Assembly (NCBI RefSeq): GCF_001457615.1
Contig: NZ_LN831024.1
Coordinates: forward strand, 3,150,001 to 3,182,000
Length of the DNA stretch: 32,000 bases
Direction: 5' to 3'
From: Pseudomonas aeruginosa
GTDB taxonomy: Bacteria; Pseudomonadota; Gammaproteobacteria; Pseudomonadales; Pseudomonadaceae
Under the pieces are notes generated by a model. It had not been told where the DNA came from. It was given only the letters and a program-made list of their open reading frames with translations, and searched no databases. Below, piece after piece: positions 15,445 to 23,200 of this stretch. Positions within the stretch are counted from its first letter, which is position 1, and each line of letters opens with the position of its first letter. A program made the position numbers and the translations under genes.

Positions 15445-16302
15445 TCACCCCTGGCGGCTCGCCAGCGCCTCGATCCGCGCCCGGCTCTTCGGCCGGCGTA
15501 CGGACAGCGGCGGTTCGACCCGCATCGGCGGCGCGATCGCGTTGCCCTGGAGATAGACGTCCCCGGTCGGCAGCCGGGCGAACGCATCGTCCTCCTCGAG
15601 ACCTTCCAGGACCACGCAGGGCGCCAGTTCGCGGCACAGGGCCAGCAGATGGCGCAGCACTTCGGCGCCCTTCGCCGAGCGACGTGCTTCGCGGGTATAC
15701 CGGCAATCGATCTTGATCACATCGGGACGGGCATCGAGAACGAAGTCCAGGTTGTTGTGCGCCGCGCCGAAGTCGTCTATCGCGATGCGCACGCCATGTT
15801 CGCGCAGGCGTCGGATGAACTCCCGGGTCGCGACTCTCTCGCCCACGGCGGTCTCGGTCAGCTCCAGCGTCAGCCTCCGTGCCACCTGCGGACGGGCGGC
15901 CAGCCATCGGCAGACCGCTTCCCACCAGGCATCCATCGCCGCGCTCTGGCGCGACAGGTTGCAGGCCAGGCGCAAGGTAGGCTCGGCGTTCAGCCGGTCG
16001 AGGACCGTGCCCAGCACGCAGCGATCGAGCAGGCGTACCAGGCCGAGCCGCTCCAGCGCCAGGATCAGTTCCTGGGTCGGCAACGGCGGCTCGCCGCTGG
16101 CGGCCGTAACCCTGAGCAGGGTTTCCCGGTAGAGCGGCTCCCATTCCGGATGCCCGGCATGCCGTACGGCCTGCCAGTCCAGGCGCACCCGACCGCGCGC
16201 CAGGGCGGCCTGGAAACGCCGGGCGAGGCGCAGGTCGCCGGCCAGGGAGGCGGCAACGGCCGGTGGGTGCTCGTGCTGGCGAGCCTGTGGGGAACCGTTC
16301 AC
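15445..16302 (-). CDS. Stand-alone EAL-domain c-di-GMP phosphodiesterase (PA2133-type), 285 aa
   Basis: EAL-family catalytic set visible: ETLLR, ACNLS, ELTE, DDFGAAH, KIDCRY, EGLE, LQG. The start is GTG at 16302-16300, overlapping the cupA5 TGA (GTGA). Confidence 0.9.
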   Translation of the reverse strand: MNGSPQARQHEHPPAVAASLAGDLRLARRFQAALARGRVRLDWQAVRHAGHPEWEPLYRETLLRVTAASGEPPLPTQELILALERLGLVRLLDRCVLGTVLDRLNAEPTLRLACNLSRQSAAMDAWWEAVCRWLAARPQVARRLTLELTETAVGERVATREFIRRLREHGVRIAIDDFGAAHNNLDFVLDARPDVIKIDCRYTREARRSAKGAEVLRHLLALCRELAPCVVLEGLEEDDAFARLPTGDVYLQGNAIAPPMRVEPPLSVRRPKSRARIEALASRQG

Positions 16303-17012
16303 TGTAGAGCTTTCCTTTCCTGGCGGCTGACGCCGTTGTCGTCGATCCAGTCGAACGCCACCTCGCCGCGCGTCCCGCCGTCCACCCGCCGCGGCAGGCC
16401 GAGGCGTCGTTGCGAGCGCGGAGCCAGCAGCGTTCCGGGCAGATCCAGGCGCGTCTCCCCTATCTCCAGCGCCAGCCCCGCCAGGGACACGAAGTACGGC
16501 GTCGGGTTGTCCACCCGCAGGGTCTCGTCGCGCAGCGCGAAGCCCAGTTCGGCGGCCGCGTCCTCGGCGTGCGGATGCAGGCCGTGCGGGCGGTACAGCA
16601 CCTTCATCTGGGTTCGCAGGGTGACCGTGAGCCGGGGCCGGCCAGCGGCCTCGGCGGTGGCTTGCGGGGGGATCTCGTAGATGTTCAGCCAGTACAGCGA
16701 TTCGCGATCCCGTGCCTGGGCCTGGCCGGTAGCCAGCAGGCGCAGGCTGCGCTGGCGTCCCGGCTCCAGGCGGAATACGGGCGGCAGCGGCAGGAACGGA
16801 GCCAGCGCGGTATCCGGTTCGCCGTCGAGGGCGCCGTCATCGACCCACGCCTGCACCAGCACCGGGTAGGGATTCTGGTTGACCAGCAGCAACGAGGCCT
16901 CGCGCTGGCCCTCCACGAACACCAGGCGGGTGCGCTCCGCGGTCACTCCGGCCTCGCTCGTCGGCGCGAGGCAAAGCATGGCCAGCAGCGCGAGCGCGCG
17001 CCTACTGGACAC
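16299..17012 (-). CDS. cupA5: Fimbrial periplasmic chaperone (second chaperone of the cluster), 237 aa
   Basis: PapD-like sequence: LLLVNQNPYPVLVQAWVDDG and LYWLNIYEIPP. I chose the GTG at 17012, preceded by AGGTGG with 6-nt spacing. This gives the signal peptide SSRRALALLAMLCLAPTSEA. The longer track ORF has no better start. Confidence 0.88.
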   Translation of the reverse strand: MSSRRALALLAMLCLAPTSEAGVTAERTRLVFVEGQREASLLLVNQNPYPVLVQAWVDDGALDGEPDTALAPFLPLPPVFRLEPGRQRSLRLLATGQAQARDRESLYWLNIYEIPPQATAEAAGRPRLTVTLRTQMKVLYRPHGLHPHAEDAAAELGFALRDETLRVDNPTPYFVSLAGLALEIGETRLDLPGTLLAPRSQRRLGLPRRVDGGTRGEVAFDWIDDNGVSRQERKALQ

Positions 17013-18363
17013 GGATAACCACCTGCGCCGTGGCCTCGACTCGCCCCGCCGTGACGCCGGGCTGGCTGCCGAGCGCGAGTTTCTCCAGGCGCGCGCGGAA
17101 GGTTTCGCGGTACAGGTCGATGCCGCCGCTACCGCCGTTGGCCTGGGTCGCGCCACCGATGGCGGGGTACCAGCCGGTGGCCTCGGCGTTGCTGCCGCCG
17201 GCGGAGTTCTCGTTGGCCAGGAGCGTCATCGGCGTGCCGTCGCGGTAGATGCGGATGCCGACCCCACGGGCAATGCCCGGCTCCCCATAACGGTCGGAGA
17301 GCAGGTAGGACAGTCCGCCACTGGCGTTGACCAGGCCCAGCGCCGGGCTGGCCGCCAGGGCCCCGCTGGACACGCGGATGCCCAGCGCCGTGGCGCCGGC
17401 CCCGGTGCCGTTGGTCATGCCGCTCTGGCACTTGAAGGTGAGTTCGAAGGGCGCCTCGCGCACGCCGCCGCCATCGATCTCGGCCAGGGTGATGGACGGG
17501 AACTGCACGTGCGGGGTGACCGTCATCACCGCGCAAGTGGGATAGCGTTTCAGGGTCACGTAGCGGTACAGCCCGATGGCACCCGGCCAGTTGCTGTACC
17601 AGCCGCCCCAGTTGCCGCCCACGTGCGCCTGGCCGACGGTCGGCGCGGTCAGGCCCGGCCCCTTGATGGCGATGTAGGCCGCCGGCTGGGTGTAGGAATA
17701 GGGCTGCGAGAGGATCGTCGGCGAGTAGTAGCGGATCGCCTCCAGCGGCGCGCTGTACAGCTCGGCGCGTACCGCTGCGAGGTTCTTCGCCTTGACCAGC
17801 TGGAAGCCGCGCGAGTCTATGTCCAGCCCGGAGAGCTGGCGCTCCTTCCAGATCGGCGTGATGGTTTCCCCCGTCTCGACGTTGGTCAGGCGCAGCAGCA
17901 CGTTGGGCCAGGCGGTCCGGTAGGCATCCTGCAGGCCGATGTCGTTGCCCACCGTATCGGCGCCGGTGTAGTAGCCGCTATAGAGATCGTCGCCGTTGGT
18001 AGAAAACATCTCGTAGACGGCGTCCCCGGCGCTACAGCGGAAGAACACCCGTTCGGGGTCGTAGCCGCCGGTGGCGCCGTACTGGGTCAGCGGCGCCACC
18101 GCGCTGGCGATGAGCGTCGGATAGGGCTGGAAACTCTCGTCGCTGACGTTGACCACGCTGGGCAGGCCGAGCGAGCCATTGCAGGTGTCGCAGGCGCCGG
18201 TCCAACTGCCGGCGGTACCTTCGCCTGGGCGGATCTGGGTGTTCGAGGTGGTCGTCTCGCTGCCTACCGAGGTGACCCGGTAGCAAGTCGCCTGGCCACT
18301 GGCGGGAAGCCCCAGCAACACGCCGAGGGCCAGCGCGGGCAGCAGGGGAAGCGTGCGGTTCAT
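17002..18363 (-). CDS. cupA4: Large fimbrial adhesin-like subunit, 453 aa
   Basis: Last 453 codons of track ORF 17002..20487. Signal peptide MNRTLPLLPALALGVLLGLPASGQA. C-terminal pilin-like domain. The ATG at 18363 forms an ATGA overlap with the usher stop. Confidence 0.9.
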   Translation of the reverse strand: MNRTLPLLPALALGVLLGLPASGQATCYRVTSVGSETTTSNTQIRPGEGTAGSWTGACDTCNGSLGLPSVVNVSDESFQPYPTLIASAVAPLTQYGATGGYDPERVFFRCSAGDAVYEMFSTNGDDLYSGYYTGADTVGNDIGLQDAYRTAWPNVLLRLTNVETGETITPIWKERQLSGLDIDSRGFQLVKAKNLAAVRAELYSAPLEAIRYYSPTILSQPYSYTQPAAYIAIKGPGLTAPTVGQAHVGGNWGGWYSNWPGAIGLYRYVTLKRYPTCAVMTVTPHVQFPSITLAEIDGGGVREAPFELTFKCQSGMTNGTGAGATALGIRVSSGALAASPALGLVNASGGLSYLLSDRYGEPGIARGVGIRIYRDGTPMTLLANENSAGGSNAEATGWYPAIGGATQANGGSGGIDLYRETFRARLEKLALGSQPGVTAGRVEATAQVVIRVQ

Positions 18364-20978
18364 CTGGCGTTCTCCAGGTTGGAGTCGGTGGTGGCTGCCC
18401 GGCAGGTGCCGCGCAGGCGGATCAGCGCCTGGTCGCGAGACACACCGGCCAGGTCGTAGGGCAACTCGCAACGCTCCTTGCGCGCCGTTCCCCATTGCAC
18501 CAGCAACCTGCCCCGCTGGTTTTCCGCGCGCGCATAGACCTGGCCGCCCTGCCCGACCATGCCGATGGCCGCCCCGCCGTCGTCGACCACCACGGCGCCG
18601 AGCGGCAGCACACTGCCGTCCTCGCGCCGCGCCTGGATCAGCAGCGGATGGCCGGTCAGCGTCCTGAACGTCACGCGCACGCTGGCACCGGCGTAGGGCG
18701 CGACCTTGCGCTCGGTTTCCAGCAGTTCGGCGTCGGGATCGATGCCAACGGGATCGAGTGAGATCGGGTTGTAGCGATAGGGCGACAGCGAGGGGGCCAG
18801 CGCATAGCCGTTGCCGTCGATGCGCGCGCCCTGCCCGCCGCGTATCGCGGCACCGCTGGCGCCCTTGGCCTCGACCAGGGCGAAGGTATCGCCGACGCTG
18901 GGGCCAAGGGTCAGCCCGTCGCGGTGAGCGACCAGCGCGCCACGGATGCCGCCACTGTATTGCCGGTAGCGATCGCCCTGGGCATAGCCGGCATTCACGG
19001 TGGCCAGCGCCGCCTGCTTCTGCAACGTGCCGTTCCATGTGGTGTCGGCGACCTCGCTGTCGCGGTTGGCGGACAGCGCGTAGCTCCAGGTACGCTCGTC
19101 GCCCAGCGTACCGTTCAGCCCGGTTTGCAGGCTGCCGCCACGGCTGTCGCCGGAGCGCCGGGTAGCCATGGCGCTGAGCGTCGGCGCCCGACTGGAAGAA
19201 CCCAGCGGCATGGAGACGCTGAGGGTCAGGGTGTCGTTGCGCTGGCCGCTGCGCCGGTCGCGCCGGAGCAGCTCGACGCCAGGGTCCTGGTCGCCCTGCT
19301 CCTGGTAGTAGGTGGTGGTCTGCCGCGACCAGGCGAGGTTGTAGCTCAACTGCCCCCAGGTATTGGAGTAGCCGAACTGCAATTGGGTGTCGCGGCTCTT
19401 GCCGTCGTAGAAATCGCTGGAGGAGCCGGAAAGATAGAGGTTGCCGTAACCGCCGAGGGCCTGGCTCACCAGCAGGTTGAACTGGTTGCGCTGCTTGTAG
19501 CTGCCGGAATCCCAGGTGTCCCCGTGGCGCAGTGCGTCGCGCGAGCCGAGCACGTCGCCGAGTTCGCGGTAGCCTTCGGTGGAATAGCGGTAGCCGGCCA
19601 GGGTCAGGGTAGTGCCGGTGGGCTGGAAGGTCCGGCTGTAGTCGAGCCCGATGCGCCAGCCCTGCTTGCGCGCGCCATCCTCGACGCGTGCGCTGGAATA
19701 GGTGCTGTTCAGGCCGAAGGCGCCGAAGCGGGTGGCGAGGACGCCGCCGCCCAGCATGGCCAGGTAGTCGTCGGCGACACGCAGTCCCAGGTTGGCGGTC
19801 AGGGCGTTGCTCATGCCGCGCTGGTAGGTGAAGTCGGCGAACAGGTCGTCGCCGTCGCCATACTGGCGCGCCTGGCCCAGGGTGAAGCTGTAGCGCGACA
19901 GGCCGGGACGCATGGACTCCGGGACCGAGGCGAACGGCACGCTGAAGCTCGATACGCTGCCATCGGCTTCGAACACCTGGACATCCAGATCGCCGGCATA
20001 GGCGCTGTCGTAGAGATCGTCGATGACGAACGGACCGGGGGCGACATTCACCTCGCGGATCTTCCTGCCGTTCTGGCTGATCACCACCCGCGCCGCGGTG
20101 GCCGCGGTGCCGCGCACCTGCGGCGCATAGCGGCGCAGGGACTCGGGCAGCATGCGGTCGTCGGTAGCCAGGCTCAGGCCGCGGTAGCCGATGCTGCCGA
20201 GCAGGTTGCCGGCGGTGTAGCTCTCCCCCGCCGTCAGTTCGCTGCGCCAGGCCGGCAAGGCGCGCTGGGCATAGGTGCGGATGCTGTTCCACTTGCGCCT
20301 GGCCTGCCCGTTGTAGCGGGAATAGGTGTAGTTGGACTGGTGGCGCAAACGCCACAGGCCGAGGTTGATGCCGCTGTTCAGGCCGACATAGGCGTAGTCC
20401 GATCGTCCCGATTCGCCGCCGCGGTATTCGGAGCGATAGAGGTTGGTGTCGTAGTTGACGAAGCCCATGCTGTCGCCGGCGTCCCACTCCTCGGGGCTGA
20501 CGTAGCCGCGCGGCTTGAGGTCGAGCAAGGCTTGCGGCACCGAGAGATCCAGGCGCAGGCGGGCGACGTCCAGGCTGAACCGCGAGCCGGGCAGGCGTGC
20601 ATCGAGAAAGGCGCAGTGGCGCCCGTCGCCGCTCTTGCGCGGATCGTCACCAGGCTTGGCGCCGAGGCGCTGGCGCAGGAAGTCTTCGTCGAGGCAGGGC
20701 TCCACCGCGCCGCTGGCGGGGTTGGCGCGGAAACTCACTTCGCTGCGGCTGGCGAAGCGCTCGTTGAGGTAGACATCGACGTGATAGCGACCCGGATCGA
20801 TCCGACCGTCCTGGTTGAAGCGCGACAGGTCGCCGCCGCCCAGGGAAGAGCCGAGCAACAGGCGATCATCGAATTCGTAGCCGGGCTGGGCATGACCGAA
20901 GGCGCTCGCCGCCAGCGCCATGCCGCCCGCCATCAGGGCCGTGCCGGTGCGGCAGCGGCGTTCATGGCGATAGGTCAT
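18360..20978 (-). CDS. cupA3: Outer-membrane fimbrial usher, 872 aa
   Basis: Usher-length beta-rich protein. N-terminal YEFDDRLLLGSSLGGGDLSRFN motif and C-terminal Cys pair. The ATG at 20978 overlaps the end of cupA2 by 17 nt. Confidence 0.95.
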   Translation of the reverse strand: MTYRHERRCRTGTALMAGGMALAASAFGHAQPGYEFDDRLLLGSSLGGGDLSRFNQDGRIDPGRYHVDVYLNERFASRSEVSFRANPASGAVEPCLDEDFLRQRLGAKPGDDPRKSGDGRHCAFLDARLPGSRFSLDVARLRLDLSVPQALLDLKPRGYVSPEEWDAGDSMGFVNYDTNLYRSEYRGGESGRSDYAYVGLNSGINLGLWRLRHQSNYTYSRYNGQARRKWNSIRTYAQRALPAWRSELTAGESYTAGNLLGSIGYRGLSLATDDRMLPESLRRYAPQVRGTAATAARVVISQNGRKIREVNVAPGPFVIDDLYDSAYAGDLDVQVFEADGSVSSFSVPFASVPESMRPGLSRYSFTLGQARQYGDGDDLFADFTYQRGMSNALTANLGLRVADDYLAMLGGGVLATRFGAFGLNSTYSSARVEDGARKQGWRIGLDYSRTFQPTGTTLTLAGYRYSTEGYRELGDVLGSRDALRHGDTWDSGSYKQRNQFNLLVSQALGGYGNLYLSGSSSDFYDGKSRDTQLQFGYSNTWGQLSYNLAWSRQTTTYYQEQGDQDPGVELLRRDRRSGQRNDTLTLSVSMPLGSSSRAPTLSAMATRRSGDSRGGSLQTGLNGTLGDERTWSYALSANRDSEVADTTWNGTLQKQAALATVNAGYAQGDRYRQYSGGIRGALVAHRDGLTLGPSVGDTFALVEAKGASGAAIRGGQGARIDGNGYALAPSLSPYRYNPISLDPVGIDPDAELLETERKVAPYAGASVRVTFRTLTGHPLLIQARREDGSVLPLGAVVVDDGGAAIGMVGQGGQVYARAENQRGRLLVQWGTARKERCELPYDLAGVSRDQALIRLRGTCRAATTDSNLENAR

Positions 20979-21708
20979 GACGGATATCCATATGGGCGCC
21001 GTAGTCGTTGATCAGCAGCGCGTGCAGGCGCACGCGTCCCGGCGGCAGGGCTTCTCGGGTTTCGGCCTGCCATTCGGCATGGCTGCGCGGCTCCAGCATG
21101 CCGCTGCGCAAGCGCCAGCGGCGCTGGCCGACGCTGAGCGTGGCGCTGGCGAACGAGGCGTAGTAGCCGCTCGGGTTGTCCACCCGCACCGCCCAGCCGG
21201 CGCTGCGCCGGACCAGTGCGAAACGCAGTTGCCCGGGCAGGTCCTCGGGACGGCCCTGGATGCCCGCCGGGCGGTAGAACAGCTTCAGGCGATTGCGCAG
21301 CATCAGCAGCATCTGGTTCCGATCCGCATGGCTGCTGTTGCGTGGCGGGATCTGCAGGACGTTGAGATGGAACAGCGATTCGCGATCGCCCGGCAGGCCC
21401 TGCCCGGTGTAGACGATGCGCAGCGTCTGGCCGCTGTCCGGGGCCATGCGGAATACCGCCGGGTTGACCAGGAACGGCGCGTCCGCCTGGTCCGGCGGCG
21501 CGTCCGGGGCGTCGATGTCGACCCAGGCCTGGACGACGTTGGGAAACGCATCGCGATTGCTCAGTTGCACGGTCTTCTCCCGTGCCTCGCCGGGATAGAT
21601 CACCCGGGTCCCGGTCACCACCACGCTTGCCCGCGCCTGGGCGATGCTCGCCAGCAGGACGAGCAGAAGCGCCGATGTCCTGCCGGATCGGTACGAATGT
21701 CTGGGCAT
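20962..21708 (-). CDS. cupA2: Fimbrial periplasmic chaperone, 248 aa
   Basis: Track ORF trimmed to the ATG at 21708 (MPRHSYRSGRTSALLLVLLASIAQA). PapD-like LSNRDAFPNVVQAWVD and LFHLNVLQIPP are present. Confidence 0.93.
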   Translation of the reverse strand: MPRHSYRSGRTSALLLVLLASIAQARASVVVTGTRVIYPGEAREKTVQLSNRDAFPNVVQAWVDIDAPDAPPDQADAPFLVNPAVFRMAPDSGQTLRIVYTGQGLPGDRESLFHLNVLQIPPRNSSHADRNQMLLMLRNRLKLFYRPAGIQGRPEDLPGQLRFALVRRSAGWAVRVDNPSGYYASFASATLSVGQRRWRLRSGMLEPRSHAEWQAETREALPPGRVRLHALLINDYGAHMDIRHDLSP

Positions 21709-21772
21709 GCGGCTTACCTGGCCGGGCACGGTCCAGCGACCGGGCCCGGCTTTAGTGCTGGGAAAAGGAAGG

Positions 21773-21790
21773 GGCGGCGCATGCGCCGCC
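21773..21790 (-). terminator. Intra-operon hairpin/attenuator between the major pilin gene and the chaperone gene
   Basis: Perfect 18-nt palindrome GGCGGCGCATGCGCCGCC (7-bp stem, 4-nt loop). It begins 5 nt after the cupA1 stop. On the minus-strand RNA it is followed by CCUUCCUUUUCC. Confidence 0.5.
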
Positions 21791-21795
21791 GGCAT

Positions 21796-22347
21796 TCACT
21801 CGTAACGCAGCGTGTAGGTCACGGCGCCGAGTACCGGACCGGGCGTCACGGTCGCCGCTTCGGAGACGTACTGCACCGCGTAGTCGTAGCTGGTGCTGGT
21901 GGCTCCGTTGGCGAGCACGATGTCGCCGGCGGGCACCGCCGCGCCGCCGGCCAGGTCGACCGGGTTGCCGCCGACGCTATCGAGCAATTGCAGCGCCACG
22001 CCCGTCGCGCCGCTGGCGGCGGTGTTCACCAGGTTCCCGGCGGCGCTGGGGTTGGTGGCCTGGAACAGGGTGGTGAAATGCTCGTCGGCCGTCGGCGCGA
22101 CGCAATCGGTGAGTTGCAGGGTGAAGGCGGTTTCGCCGGCGCTGCGGCCCACTGCGCCATCGAGGGCGCTCACCGGTACGCTGTCGAGGATCACCGTGGG
22201 GTCGGTGAAGCCGTTGACCGCGACCTGGCAGGTCTGGTCGGTCACTTCGCCGCTGAATGTGATAGTGTTTGCCGCCATCGCGGTTCCCGAAGCGGCAATT
22301 GCCGCAAAGGCCAATACCACTGCGCATGGGTTCGAAGTTCTGGTCAT
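21796..22347 (-). CDS. cupA1: Major fimbrial subunit (type-1-like pilin), 183 aa
   Basis: I chose the ATG at 22347, preceded by AAGGAA with 7-nt spacing. The track start at 22371 is a TTG. Signal peptide MTRTSNPCAVVLAFAAIAASGTAMA, then TITFSGEVTDQTCQV. C-terminal beta strand ends in YTLRYE. Confidence 0.92.
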   Translation of the reverse strand: MTRTSNPCAVVLAFAAIAASGTAMAANTITFSGEVTDQTCQVAVNGFTDPTVILDSVPVSALDGAVGRSAGETAFTLQLTDCVAPTADEHFTTLFQATNPSAAGNLVNTAASGATGVALQLLDSVGGNPVDLAGGAAVPAGDIVLANGATSTSYDYAVQYVSEAATVTPGPVLGAVTYTLRYE

Positions 22348-23200
22348 GCCTATGTTCCTTGTGTGAGGCAATAATCGTCCACCCGCCTTTTATTTCGGCC
22401 GGGAACGCGGTAAAGACTCGAACGAGTTCAAATCGATAATCAGTGGTGCGAACCACCGATATAAGTATCCCGTGCACAGGCGTCGAGGTGAACGCCGAAC
22501 GGCGGACTTATAAATCCGTTCGAGTGCCCGCCATTCGGGGAATTGCCTCGTTTCGCAGGGTACCGCCGCCTCTTCGTGCTATCCGTCGACATTGCAACGC
22601 TTGTATTTCCGACTATGGAACTCTGGCATCCCGGCCTCTCTTGCTTGTCTTCGCCAGTTTGGACTTATAATAAAAACCGTCATCCGTGTAATGCATGGAT
22701 GGTGCCATGCAGTTAACTTCCAAGTTGGAAGTATGCACTTCCCTGTTATTCAACGAATAATTACCGTCGACTTTTCCCGGGCAATTTCCATGTTCACCCG
22801 CAGGCGCTTCTCCTTGCGTAGCAAGCTTTTTCCGCCGCCGCTCAGAAGTCCGGTGCGCAGACGAGTGCCAATGGCGGCGTGCGCACTCTCGTTGCAAGTG
22901 GGCGCTGCGCCGATGCTGTTCGGAGAATCCGTCTTGCGACAAGTCAACAACTCGAACCACGGCTTCGCCTAGCATTGAAAAAGTTCCTGCACGACAGTTG
23001 TCGGGCCTGTTGGTCGTCGCTCTGCCAAGTGCCTGGACATATTTCCGTTATCCACTGATTCGGAGTCCAACGTCGCCGAACGTGCCGGCTGCCGCGACTC
23101 TCGAAAAAATAGCCTGGAGAAACTCCGAAACAAACATTGCACATGGACCGTCGTCGCAACGGTCTCCCTCAATAGTTATTAAAAGAAGAGGTTCGCACCC
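22348..23200. promoter_or_regulatory. 853-bp low-GC divergent control region between cupA1 and cgrA (expected target of H-NS-like MvaT/MvaU silencing)
   Basis: Three 60-nt lines counted by hand (22621, 22681, 22741) give 45-48 percent G+C, against 67 percent for a cgrA line (23401). The region is dense in palindromes. I find none of the ORFs here convincing. Confidence 0.8.
22934..22947. promoter_or_regulatory. Candidate Anr/Dnr (FNR-type) box TTGCG-ACAA-GTCAA
   Basis: 8 of 10 matches to TTGAY-N4-GTCAA, with the TTG-N8-CAA core intact. It lies 254 nt upstream of the cgrA ATG. This is a sequence match only. Confidence 0.3.

Noticed and set aside
17002-20487. 1161-aa minus-strand ORF
   Set aside because: It is a chimeric open frame. 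Only the C-terminal 453 aa, starting at the ATG at 18363 with a signal peptide, is cupA4. The rest is an alternative frame across the usher gene.
16879-22374. Long plus-strand ORFs (526, 695 and 465 aa) across the cupA operon
   Set aside because: They are antisense to five recognisable chaperone-usher pathway genes. They have artefact composition, no SD and no family.
22592-22975. 126-aa plus-strand and 120-aa minus-strand ORFs inside the cupA1-cgrA intergenic region
   Set aside because: They have no SD, mirror each other on opposite strands, and show non-native codon usage and odd composition. They are more likely chance ORFs in AT-rich regulatory DNA. I kept them only as a caveat in the intergenic finding.
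22348-23200. Classical phase-variation mechanisms for cupA: a fimS-like invertible promoter or slipped-strand repeats
   Set aside because: By eye I found no pair of long inverted repeats bracketing a few hundred bp. No recombinase gene is nearby. No homopolymer exceeds 6 nt, and there are no short tandem repeats in the control region or at the 5' ends of the cup/cgr genes. The scan was not exhaustive.
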